DNA from: Macrostomum lignano
Lineage: Eukaryota
Assembly: GCA_002269645.1 (NCBI GenBank)
Contig: NIVC01003148.1
Span: 1-64,000 of the forward strand
DNA length: 64,000 bases
Direction: 5' to 3'
A model generated the notes under the pieces. The model had not been told where the DNA came from, searched no databases, and saw only the letters and a list, made by a program, of their open reading frames with translations. The translations under genes were made by a program, and so were the position numbers. Positions within the stretch are counted from its first letter, which is position 1; each line of letters begins with the position of its first letter. Of this stretch, positions 13,007 through 24,917 are shown piece after piece.

Positions 13007-14460
13007 TGATGAATTTTTTGTTTATGAACAAACTATGCAATTAACGAACAATGTTCTTTTGAAAAAGGGGGATGTGGCAGCCAGCCGCTTTAGTTTCTTA
13101 TTCATGCATAAATTATTGTCTATGGAAAAACTCAAATATACTTGTAAAGGGTGTGTGGCTGCGCCCAGTCTCGCCAAGCGCGAATACTCCTAATACATTC
13201 AAACTCACAACACTATTGAGAGACGAACGCATGACTAGAGGGGGCAATGACCGTAGGCTGCCCATGACCGGGCAATGACCTGACGGACCTCCAGCACCAG
13301 ACTGTCCCGCCCACATGATTGATAGCTTTGGTAGCGCTTTGTGACCAGAGGGCCAAGGACCCACATGGACCCCACCTGTAGCCAAGGTGCAATAGTTGGT
13401 CACTCGGTCATAGTATGACCGAGTGGCTGCCACCACTCTATGTGACCTGGCGCACCTGGATCTTTCTACCAGACCTCTCGAGGCTAGAGCCCCGCCTGGG
13501 ATGGTTACCAGGAGATTTAGGCTAACAGGGGGGACACATGCAGCCGAGTACAGGGACTCTGCTTGGGGCATGATCGGGAACTCTGGGCTCAATCTGGAGG
13601 ATTTCTCAGCAGGGGATCCTTTGTGGCTGTGAGCGAGGCTGACTTGCGACTTTGATTACTAAGAGTAGTATGAGGCGAACATGTACTGTCTATAGTTTAG
13701 ATTGCTCAGGGCGAAGGGACGCGTCAGCATGGGGGTTGCAATCTTCCTACTGCCATTCTGTGCCAAGACTCGCTAATCCCTCTACTGCACGCACACGCGG
13801 CCCCGCAGCACGCACTCACAGGCGGGCTTTGCACGGGGAGAGGCCATTAGCTTACCCAACTTCCTTATGCTTTGCCACCCCGGGAGAAAGGCTTAGCAAG
13901 CCATGAGTGAAATGATGGTGAAAGAGTGAATAATGATGAGGTTAGTTAATACTTAATAATTAGGCCCTTAGGCAAATAATCAGGCAATTAGGCGGCTTCA
14001 CTATTGAGTAAAAATACAGCAAAAGGTACGGTATCACAACTGGCTCAGCTCTCTAATCAGACAATGGAAAAATAGGCAAACTCCGGATAAGCAAAGGCAA
14101 TTAGAGCACAAATCAGTAACAGGAACTTACCGGCAGCTGCACAGAGAGAGAGAGAGAGAGAGAGGCACCGAGGGCGGCTGTAGGCTGCAGTCAGGCGGAC
14201 CGTGAAGCGGCGATGCGCTGAAGCGACGAGGCGCTGGTGTAGATCAGGCGAAGCTGATGATGCTGGGCGGTGTCAGACCGCTGGCCGATAGGCGAGCTCA
14301 CTTGGGGAGCTGAAGATAACTTGGCGGTAACAGACCGCGGACCGGCAGGGATTCGTCTTATAGACGAATGGGTCAGAACTCAGTCTGACGGCAAGTCTAA
14401 AGAGAGACTAGGAGCCCGAAGGTGGGCAAAAGTTGAGGATTCTCATGCCGAAAACCGCCT

Positions 14461-14553
14461 CCTTTTATAGCCTTCCCAGCCGCCGCTCCAAGGTCGTTTA
14501 CATGGCTCTCTCTCTCTGATTGGCTGCCGGCAGAATGACGTCAGAATGAGTCA
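14461..14553 (-). promoter_or_regulatory. Putative LTR promoter: TATA, CCAAT, CRE and AP-1 sites
   Basis: Minus-strand CTATAAAAGG (14461-14470), CCAATC (~14518-14523), TGACGTCA (14536-14543), TGAGTCA (14547-14553). All conserved in copy 2 (~35585-35680). Confidence 0.6.
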
Positions 14554-15499
14554 TGATGAGAAACATGAGACCGGCATAGCAACATGAGAAATAGGGAAAT
14601 TGCACAATCCGGAGGTGGGATGGGGGATAATTGGCGCAGCGGGTGATCGCAAAAGTGTTGCGCAAGCAAACATTGTGAACAATGGGGCTGGGGTCGAGAA
14701 CAAAGGAATTGGAAATCGGGGATAATTGGGGAGAATCGAGAACAATAGAAAAGTAAACATTGGAGAAAAGGTGATAATTAGGTGCGAAAACGAGAACAAA
14801 AGAAAGAGAAAATCGGAGAAAATGTGATAATTGGTGGGGATAAAGAGAACAAAAGAATCAAAAACGAGAACAATAGAAGCGGAGGTGGGGTGGGTGTCGC
14901 GTGAGAAATTTAGGGAGGAGAACAATAGCATGAGAAAAGGTTGCGCAAGAGAGGGGGATGAGTCATCGATGAGTCATCGGGGGGAAGAAGGGGTCACACG
15001 ACTTGCGTCACCGTTTGGGAGTTTGGGAAGGAATGGGAGGTCGGTGAGCACACAAAATACTGTAAGTAGACACAGGGAAAGAGGGGACAGCGCAGGAAAA
15101 GAGTGCAGAGGGAGACAAAAAGAGGGGGATAGGGAAAGTACAGGAAGAATAGGGCGGAAAACAGAAGAGATAGGGTAGAGGGGGAGGTACAGAGAGGGAT
15201 AGGGAGCTCCGGAAAGGCAGGTGTGGCGGCAGGAGAGACGGAACCAAGGCAGTAGAGGGGTGCAGCAGAGCGGGAGTCTCCAGGTCTGGTCGGGGACCTG
15301 GCCGAGTCTCGACAGCTCTGTGCAGGGGGGTGCACGGGATAGGAGGCACTTTCGAAAAAGTTCCCATGCCCTATCCCGCGACCAGAGCGTGGTTACATCA
15401 AGTCCTTGGCCCAACGCCTAATATAACACGTACTTACTACCGGAACGTCTAGAGCGCCCGAGTGCGGAAACTGCGCAACTGTGTCACCTGTCGTGTTCC

Positions 15500-16000
15500 T
15501 TTTGGGGTTTAGTGCTTAGAATCTTGTGATCACCAAGGGCCTGTGCGTTCGCTGCGACCCTGGTTGCCTGCCTATACTGCCTGCGCGTTCGTGCGACAGC
15601 AGGTCGGTAAGCAGCACGACTAGGTGCTGAGTCTCCCCGCTCGTATAGAGCGCGAGACGAAGCCGGCCGGTCCGTCTCGGGAAACGACAAGTTTTCCCGA
15701 CCGACAAGCTGTGCCGACGTGCTCGAGTGCTGGCAGCGTTCGAGACAGACGCCTGCGTTAGTGCGAGTGACATGATCCTGAGCACCTCTGATCCCCTGCG
15801 CGAGTTTTGCCTCGTCAACTTCTGCAGTGATGCTGGTGCCATCTTATGAGCGAGCATATCAACTCCAAGGAAGGAGACAGTATTGCTGCTGCTCGCCATC
15901 ATTCTATTCTAGGAGCAGCTGGCCGGCCACGGGGTGGCCTGCTTCGTCGACAGCAGCGCGGCGGTCGGCACCATAACCGTGGTCCTCCAACAACCCGATC
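15500..16000 (-). pseudogene. Highly degenerate DIRS-type RT remnant
   Basis: TVSFLGVDMLAHKMAPASLQKL...HSLSVGKTCRFPRRTGRLRL resembles the DIRS RT C-terminal FLG..ID...LP..KL...L.GKL.F...GR..LR pattern. Confidence 0.35.
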
Positions 16001-17036
16001 GTAATAATCCTGCTCAAAACGGCCATTCCATCTGGCAGCGTTGAGGCACGACTTTCAGTTTAGGGCTCACCATATGCCGGGGTCCTGGCAGCTGCTGAGC
16101 GACCCGCTGCTGCGCTGCCTGACGCATCCCCACCACATGCTGCTGTATAATTCTGCTGCGCTACTTCGGCTGGGCCAAGGCACAGCCAGAAGATCTGCGC
16201 AGGGCCTGCCTCAATGAGTCAACCGGCGGCCGGTTACTTGATCCGGCATCGCTCGCATTAAGTCCCGCGGTCTCTGGCGCGGTTCTCGAGCGGAGCGAGT
16301 TGCGACGGCAGAAGCAGATCCTAGCTGCGCTATTATTAGGTGCGAGCTTTAGGGCTGGCGCTGTGACCCTGATAGTTCCGGCTTGTTTTTATTTCTCTGC
16401 AGTTTGTTGTGTTTATTTGGACTGCTGGTTTCCTTCCTCCCGCTTTCAGTTGGTGTTGGGGTTCGCCTCCCCTAGCTGAACCGGGTGTGCCGTTCTTGTA
16501 GGCCCCTTGTCTTGTTTTTGCTCTGTTTCTATTTTGGGGTTTAATCATTGATCAAAAACTTTAGCGTTATCTTAAAATATTTTGCCCCCCGGGGTGTAAA
16601 ACTCTCAATTCTCAACTCGAAGCAAGATCTGAGAAATAGCTGACGGTCTGTATAGTACGCTATAATTACGGTTGGTAGCAGCACTACTTGTATAATGCTT
16701 AGTTGTATGTAGCAAAAATCGACGTACATCTGTAATGGTGTCTGAAGAACTGAACGAGCCCGTGCTAGCGACCGCTCGACTACGATTTTACCACCCTCCC
16801 CCGGAATTGAATACCCCGGCAGACGGAGTAATTCGGAGGCAACGAATTTGACTGCGCGAGATTTTCCGGCGAGAAATGCGCGAACTGACGCAGGCGGCAG
16901 TTCAAATTTTCAAATTTCAATTTTTTTCGTTTTCAGTGTGTTGACCAGCTGACTCAGCTCAGCTACCACGTATCTGTTTCCCCATAGATATTCGTATTGA
17001 TATTCAATTTCTAACAAATGCAACAAAATAAACCTA

Positions 17037-18281
17037 CTTGTACAGCTCGGATTTGCATGAAAATTTACAGAAAAATTATTACACACAAAAAAAAAACCTC
17101 TGTGAAACTTCAAGTCCATCAGACCACGCAAAGCGGAATGGCAAGAGTTTTAAAGGTGCTCGTATTTATAATGCATTGTATATGCGCACAGTGTATAACA
17201 TGTATGCCCATTTGCAACACTTGTACAGCTCGGATTTGCATGAAAATTTACAGAAAAATTATTACACACAAAACAAACACCTCTGTGAAACTTCAAGTCC
17301 ATCAGACCACGCAAAGCGGAATGGCAAGAGTTTTAAAGGTGCTCGTATTTATAATGCATTGTATATGCGCACAGTGTATAACATGTATGCCCATTTGCAA
17401 CACTTGTACAGCTCGGATTTGCATGAAAATTTACAGAAAAATTATTACACACAAAACAAACACCTCTGTGAAACTTCAAGTCCATCAGACCACGCAAAGC
17501 GGAATGGCAAGGGTTTTAAAGGTGCTCGTATTTATAATGCATTGTATATGCGCACAGTGTATAACATGTATGCCCATTTGCAACACTTGTACAGCTCGGA
17601 TTTGCTTGAAAATTTACAGAAAAATTATTACACACAAAACAAACACCTCTGTGAAACTTCAAGTCCATCAGACCACGCAAAGCGGAATGGCAAGAGTTTT
17701 AAAGGTGCTCGTATTTATAATGCATTGTATATGCGCACAGTGTATAACATGTATGCCCATTTGCAACACTTGTACAGCTCGGATTTGCATGAAAATTTAC
17801 AGAAAAATTATTACACACAAAACAAACACCTCTGTGAAACTTCAAGTCCATCAGACCACGCAAAGCGGAATGGCAAGAGTTTTAAAGGTGCTCGTATTTA
17901 TAATGCATTGTATATGCGCACAGTGTATAACATGTATGCCCATTTGCAACACTTGTACAGCTCGGATTTGCATGAAAATTTACAGAAAAATTATTACACA
18001 CAAAACAAACACCTCTGTGAAACTTCAAGTCCATCAGACCACGCAAAGCGGAATGGCAAGGGTTTTAAAGGTGCTCGTATTTATAATGCATTGTATATGC
18101 GCACAGTGTATAACATGTATGCCCATTTGCAACACTTGTACAGCTCGGATTTGCATGAAAATTTACAGAAAAATTATTACACACAAAACAAACATCTTTG
18201 TGAAACTTCAAGTCCATCAGACCACGCAAAGCGGAATGGCAAGGGTTTTAAAGGTGCTCGTATTTATAATGCATTGTATAT
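17037..18281 (+). repeat. 183-bp tandem array, left arm (~6.8 units)
   Basis: tgtacagctcggatttg recurs every 183 bp (17039, 17222, ...); near-identical units; ends abruptly mid-unit. Confidence 0.95.
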
Positions 18282-18519
18282 GAATTCCAATCCCAGCCGG
18301 AACTACTTTTGCTTGTGTTCCAGAATATGAAGTTATACTCAAACACAGAACTTGTTAATAATTATAGGATAGAGTTAAAAATAAAAGTGGAGTATAAGTT
18401 CGTATAAAATTAGAATTTGAGGCAAGCATTAATCACATGTTGGCTTGTGGTGTTGCCCAAGAATGTCAGGCAATGTCTGTCTTAAAACAAGTATTGGCAA
18501 ACTCCGGCCTCTGTCCCTG

Positions 18520-19300
18520 CGCCTCCCTACGTCCCTAGATTCCTTTGAAACTTCAGTCAATTCTCTACTGTTTCCTCTCTTCTCTATCGTCTCTCATCCT
18601 TTCCCTCCCATCTCATCTCATCTCTTTTTTCCTCTCTCCTTTATTTCTTCCCTCTCCCCGATCTTTTCTTGTCTCTCCTTATCTTTCTTTGGTTTTTCTA
18701 CTCTCTTCTCTCTCATTGCTTTATCATCTCTCCTTTCTCTTCTTATTTTCTGCTCTCTTATCTCTTCTTATTTATCTCTGCTCTCTACTCTCTATTCTCT
18801 CTCCCCTCTGTATAAATTCTCACTCCTCACTCTCCCCTCTTTCTTGACACTTCCCACTTCTCTCCTCTCTCCGATCTCTTCTCTCTACTCTCCCCCGATC
18901 TGCTCTCGTCTCTCATCTCTTCTATCATCTCTTTACTCTCTCCTCTCTCGTCTCAATCCTCTGTAATATATCTTTCCTGCCTCATACTCTCTCTCATTAT
19001 CTGATCTGTAGTCTCCTTTTATCATCTCTCCTCTCTCAACTTCCTCCACTACTCTCACCTCTCCTCTCCATCTCTCTCTCCCTCGCTCTTATCTCTCCAC
19101 TCATCTCTCTGTTCTCTGCTCTCCCATCTCTCATCTCCTTACTATATTCTCTCCCCTCTCCGTTCTTCTCTTTCCTCTCCTCTCCCCTGTCTCTCCCTTT
19201 CCCCTCTCTCCCTTTTGCTCTCGATTCTCTCCCATCTTTTCTCCTCTTTCCTCACTCCACTTCTCTCTCTCCCTTTGTCTCTCCTCTCTGCTTTCGTGTC
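18520..19300 (+). repeat. ~780-bp polypyrimidine (CT-rich) tract upstream of the transposase exon
   Basis: Almost purine-free low-complexity sequence ending at the acceptor tgtaatag|at (19308/19309). Confidence 0.85.
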
Positions 19301-19308
19301 TGTAATAG

Positions 19309-21928
19309 ATTCTCACTTTCTAAAACTCCTCCGCCATAGAATTCTGCACTGTGTAAACTCACCTTTTTCTGTTGACCTAAATATTCTTTTTATTTCCGAC
19401 TTTTCATGGGCGCAAATTCATTCATGCTTAGACTTCCACCACACGGACGTGACAACGTACATCCAAATTCATTACAATTACTTTATTACGGACACCCCTA
19501 GCGAGATTCAATATGGCGTTTTTCTGTGTAGCAATCATATTATAAAGTCAATTTCGGACCACTGCAAAAAACACTCCTTGAACCAGCGAAGCCGTCAGCT
19601 ATTTTTGAAGTTATTTTCTTTAATTCAGTATTCCAGTACGCAAAAACTATCCGTCAACTTCATCATGGACACGCTTATTATATTTGGATCTCCGTATGCC
19701 GAGCAAACCGTTGCTGCTAGAACTAGGGTAGCAAATTTTCTGAGAGATGGCCATGTTCCAGAGTATTCCGAATCAATCAACAAAGACTCATTTATACTTC
19801 AAGACAAGGATCATGCAAGTATGAACGCGGAAGGTGACGCGATACTGAAAAATTCTCCATACTACGAATACTTTAAAAAGGAATTTACCACAATTCAAAA
19901 TACTCTCGCGCATAAAACCGGTCATTCGCATCTGACAGATAATGAATTCTACAACCCTCGATTGATAAACTTTTTCTTGCTTAGATACCTGTCCATCCTC
20001 CCTCTATGGGCTATATTTACATGGAATCATTTGATTGCTAAAAATTCAAAGTCTTTTTACTCAAATGCTCATGTGGAGAGTTGGTTTTCTTCTGTGAAAA
20101 GTCGATTTAACACCAAGTCCAGGCTGAGTACCTTCGTAGAGAATTATGTACCCTTTGTACTTCGTAGAGTTTCAGAGTGCACCATCTCGAGCAAAGTACC
20201 TGCTCCAAGTTTTTGCAGAAAAAGGAAGTCATCAATCTCAGAAGAAGCTGCAACTGAAGGTTGGCAAAAAAGGTCGAGAAATAGCAAGCGTTCAAGATAC
20301 TCAGATACTAGTAGCAATCAGTATTTTGCTAATGTCGCCGATCCTGACGAAACGGAAAAGAGTAGCAGTCAGTCCCAACAGAGCAACCCAAAATCAAAAC
20401 TTCCGGGATGCACAGCTGGTAGGAACAGACCCAATAAAAATTCCAGTCAAAATGGAACCGCAGATAACAGTAGAAGCAGGTGGCAAAGCAAGAGGAGCAC
20501 GCGGCAGAAAGGAAGAACGGTGCAAAGCGATAATAGCCAGATTCTCTTCACCCTTCCTGGCTCTGGAACGGATATTCCCGTAACGCAAGAGCATCGTCAA
20601 AGTTTGTTGGGAAGCAACCTGTTAGACTACACGGTAAGTATTTTCATAAATACTTACTTACTTACAATAAATACTTAAGTAAGTATACGTAAATACTTAC
20701 AATAGAAAATTCAGTTGACTTATGACCTATTTTCACCATTATCTTTTCCTGTCCCTCTTGCATTACTCGCGATAGATTTTATTGGCCTATTGCACTGCTA
20801 TCACATCGAACAACGCCCAAAGGATTGTAATAAGTGAGGGCGACTTTTACTACATATTGAATCTATCAGGAGATGAGTTCAACGATGGAGTCCAGAACTT
20901 GCTGAGAAGAACTCTCGGATGGAAGGCAAGTTCTGTTAATGAAACAATAATGTCGTTTTTGATGCAAAATAAATTTGTACACTTGTAGTGAATTCTCAAT
21001 GAAAATCTTACGCATGCACCAATTTGAGGTATAAAATTATTTGCTCTCTTGATGTTGCAGGGCCTGAATCAAATAATCGTGCCTATTTTAAACAGCGGGC
21101 ATTTTTACTTGATCGTTATTTGCGGCGTTGAACGAAAGGTCTTTGTGCTGGATTCGATTCGGCGTAATGCGCAAGAGAAGCAAGAGTTTCATGTTCTAAT
21201 TCGCAAATGGAAGTGAGTACAATAGTTTGTGTACATGTCCAGAGAATAAATAAAAGTGAACTTAAGTACTGATGTGGCAAATCTGTAAAATTTCTGTTAA
21301 CTTTCTAGCCGCATATTGGCTTCCGATGGAAAATGGCATTTGTTGACCAAAGCGCTCCGGTATTCACCAGCAGCACATCGAAGCCATATGAGCTGGCCAC
21401 AATGTCGAGAACAATGCAATCTGATGGTCATAGTTGCGGAGTGTTTGTATGCCTGTACGCTAGGGCATTAGCTCTTGGTTCTGGTCTCCGGTTCAAGAAC
21501 AATCCGACGGCTCTCGGAAGATACAGACAGTATATCTGGAATGTGATCCAGGCCTACAGCTATGGAGGAACGCAGGAAGAGTGCTCAGCCTGTAGCAACA
21601 CAGAACCTGACGCTTCGGGCGTTAGTCGTCGCATAAATTGGGTAAAATACGAGTAATTTTCCTTTTTTTATTTTTTTAACTACGAATTTCACTTTTGCCA
21701 AGCAGATTGCTTAAAGCAGTCATACAGATTGAACTCCAGCTTAAGATGCAGTCGATCGAATATGCAGTCGAGTTGTGCTTACAGCATAATGCGGTTAATT
21801 TTCGCTCACCCCTTCATTTCTAGATTGAATGTCCCTCCTGTCTTCGTTGGTATCACACAGAATGCGTCGAAGGGTCGACCGATCCAGGTTTTTGTTGCGC
21901 AACGTGCAAAGACATGTTTTCGCATTAG
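19309..21928 (+). CDS. MULE-type transposase C-terminal part fused to Ulp1/SENP (C48) protease and a PHD finger; 5' truncated; exons 19309-20633, 20776-20925, 21061-21212, 21309-21641, 21824-21928
   Basis: Transposase motifs FISDFSWAQIH (2nd D), FLCSNHIIK (CxxH), LPLW, SNAHVESWFSSVK (E). Splicing gives LLDYT|ILLAY, IIVPILNSGHFYLIVI...VLDS (His, Asp), QSDGHSCGVFVC (Cys), and CSAC...NW|IECPSCLRWYHTEC...FCCATC (PHD). One 1-nt frameshift is needed near 21330-21333. Confidence 0.75.
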
Positions 21929-22239
21929 TTACTTGATTTTTACACAACTGTACATGTACGTGAATGTCGCCATTACTCGTAAATGGATCTCTCCAGTTCC
22001 TTATTTTTGGAGCAAGAGGTTCTCTAGATCTGGTTCTGAGTGCACCTGTGGCAGTCGCGACGGCCAATCTTCCATGTACAGAAGGGTCGTGAGGCTGCTG
22101 CTTTTTGCTGCTAATTTTCTGACTAGAAAAATATGTATGGCCGCCCTCCCATCCCGTTGTTTTTGTTTGTTCGCCCGCTTTTTTCATCCCCCTATGCAGA
22201 TGTTCGATTACGAGCCATGGAATGCAATATAATCAATTT

Positions 22240-22600
22240 ATGCTAAGGACCACTCGAATTGGGGATCGACCGACATGGACATGAACAGGCGAACAACCAT
22301 TCCCACTCGAACAAAACAGGGGGCTCTAACCGCGGCCCATGCAGGTGTTCGATATTCTTTCAGAGAGTGGAGCAGCGCTCATTTAAATAGTTCAGTTTGC
22401 AACTTTCATGGGACTTCTCAGGGTTTTCAATCGGGCCTCTTCTACACTAAAAGTAGGACCTCTCGCCACAGTGGATCTTTGTGGCTCCGATTTAATCGAG
22501 AGCTTGACAACAGCGTGATGACTACTAAGAGTAATATTATTAGGGAACACATGCTCGATCTAATGGTTGGTATAGAGCGATTATGAGCCGAACTGTTCAG
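22240..22600. mobile_element. LTR-like fragment inside the MULE element
   Basis: Shares ggatctttgtggct...cagcgtg..gactactaagagta...agggaac with 1670-1745 and 13615-13680; starts tgctaagg like 1132. Confidence 0.35.
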
Positions 22601-23324
22601 TACATTTTGTATGTAAATCTATTTAAGTATTCATCTTTGTTGTAATTTAAATTCCTGTTATAACCTTTTTATTGGTTACATGCATTTCATCAAAACTGTC
22701 CACGCTTTTATTGATGTTATTAGAAGTACCACGCGTGCATATACATATATGCACATGTACGTAACATGTAATACTAAATACATCAAAAGTTCTCAGCGAC
22801 TGTCACTTTGAAAATTTCGAAACAAGTTTGTATTTTTAACCCAAGCTGCATATCCCAACGGTTGCATAGAGTGGTGTAGAAATTAGGCCAAATGTTGCGT
22901 TATTTTTGTGCTAGGCTTGCGTGCCAAGCCAAGAGGAGTCTACAATTGGCACCTGCGCTTCACAGGGCTGGCTTATACATGTACATGCAATATTTGGCTC
23001 GCGTTAGTAATTCAGACTTATGACTTATTACGCAGCTACGATCAGAGACTGAATTGGTATAGGGTTAACAACAGAAATGTTTGTGGACAATAGCTATTTG
23101 CATTAATAGCAATGAAAATTACATTCTGCTAATTGAATTTTACATTTGCAACGTGAGTGGAATACTCACCAAAACAGTGCCGACATAATTCGCAGTCACG
23201 CATGCATGAGCTGGGTACATGTAACATGTATAATATACGGGCCTATATGCAGGTATTGCACTTCGCGTTGCATCGCGCTTACGAGCTAGCAAGCTATATG
23301 TGCATCATATAAATATACGATATA

Positions 23325-24917
23325 CGAGCACCTTAAAAAAACTCTTGCCATTCCGCTTTGCGTGGTCTGATGGACTTGAAGTTTCACAGAGGTGTTTGTT
23401 TTGTGTGCAATAATTTTTCTGTAAATTTTCAAGCAAATCCGAGCTGTACAAGTGTTGCAAATGGGCATACATGTTATACACTGTGCGCATATACAATGCA
23501 TTATAAATACGAGCACCTTTAAAACTCTTGCCATTCCGCTTTGCGTGGTCTGATGGACTTGAAGTTTCACAGAGGTGTTTGTTTTGTGTGTAATAATTTT
23601 TCTGTAAATTTTCAAGCAAATCCGAGCTGTACAAGTGTTGCAAATGGGCATACATGTTATACACTGTGCGCATATACAATGCATTATAAATACGAGCACC
23701 TTTAAAACTCTTGCCATTCCGCTTTGCGTGGTCTGATGGACTTGAAGTTTCACAGAGGTGTTTGTTTTGTGTGTAATAATTTTTCTGTAAATTTTCATGC
23801 AAATCCGAGCTGTACAAGTGTTGCAAATGGGCATACATGTTATACACTGTGCGCATATACAATGCATTATAAATACGAGCACCTTTAAAACTCTTGCCAT
23901 TCCGCTTTGCGTGGTCTGATGGACTTGAAGTTTCACAAAGATGTTTGTTTTGTGTGTAATAATTTTTCTGTAAATTTTCAAGCAAATCCGAGCTGTACAA
24001 GTGTTGCAAATGGGCATACATGTTATACACTGTGCGCATATACAATGCATTATAAATACGAGCACCTTTAAAACTCTTGCCATTCCGCTTTGCGTGGTCT
24101 GATGGACTTGAAGTTTCACAGAGGTGTTTGTTTTGTGTGTAATAATTTTTCTGTAAATTTTCATGCAAATCCGAGCTGTACAAGTGTTGCAAATGGGCAT
24201 ACATGTTATACACTGTGCGCATATACAATGCATTATAAATACGAGCACCTTTAAAACTCTTGCCATTCCGCTTTGCGTGGTCTGATGGACTTGAAGTTTC
24301 ACAAAGATGTTTGTTTTGTGTGTAATAATTTTTCTGTAAATTTTCATGCAAATCCGAGCTGTACAAGTGTTGCAAATGGGCATACATGTTATACACTGTG
24401 CGCATATACAATGCATTATAAATACGAGCACCTTTAAAACTCTTGCCATTCCGCTTTGCGTGGTCTGATGGACTTGAAGTTTCACAAAGATGTTTGTTTT
24501 GTGTGTAATAATTTTTCTGTAAATTTTCATGCAAATCCGAGCTGTACAAGTGTTGCAAATGGGCATACATGTTATACACTGTGCGCATATACAATGCATT
24601 ATAAATACGAGCACCTTTAAAACTCTTGCCATTCCGCTTTGCGTGGTCTGATGGACTTGAAGTTTCACAGAGGTGTTTGTTTTGTGTGTAATAATTTTTC
24701 TGTAAATTTTCATGCAAATCCGAGCTGTACAAGTGTTGCAAATGAGCATACATGTTATACACTGTGCGCATATACAATGCATTATAAATACGAGCACCTT
24801 TAAAACCCTTGCCATTCCGCTTTGCGTGGTCTGATGGACTTGAAGTTTCACAGAGGTGTTTGTTTTGTGTGTAATAATTTTTCTGTAAATTTTCAAGCAA
24901 ATCCGAGCTGTACAAGT
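23325..24917 (-). repeat. 183-bp tandem array, right arm (~8.7 units), inverted relative to the left arm
   Basis: Reverse complement of the same 183-bp unit; degenerate at the inner end (~23290-23340). Confidence 0.95.

Larger units (their letters stand above)
9208..13212 (+). mobile_element. Ty3/Gypsy LTR retrotransposon (Mag-like), internally deleted
   Basis: 140-bp LTRs 9208-9347 and 13073-13212 (TG...CA, 1 mismatch); 5-bp TSD ctatt (9203-9207, 13213-13217); PBS tggtgtcagaggtggga; PPT gaaaaaggggga; single gag-pol frame. Confidence 0.95.
9172..15400 (-). mobile_element. Solo LTR (~2.2 kb, copy 1), interrupted by a Gypsy insertion at 9208-13212
   Basis: Termini TGATGTAACC...GGTTACATCA (10-bp perfect inverted repeat) and 4-bp TSD agtc (9168-9171, 15401-15404). 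Colinear with the uninterrupted copy at 34309-36526. Orientation inferred from the minus-strand TATA box. Confidence 0.85.

Noticed and set aside
18445-18966. Leu/Ser-rich ORFs in CT- and GA-rich tracts (also 32845-33393)
   Set aside because: Low-complexity translation artefacts.
22515-22600. C/D snoRNA (GTGATGA) or U2-like sequence (CTAAGA..GTAGTAT)
   Set aside because: No properly placed D box or terminal stem. The U2 resemblance is only two short words, and homologous blocks lie in LTR-like repeats.
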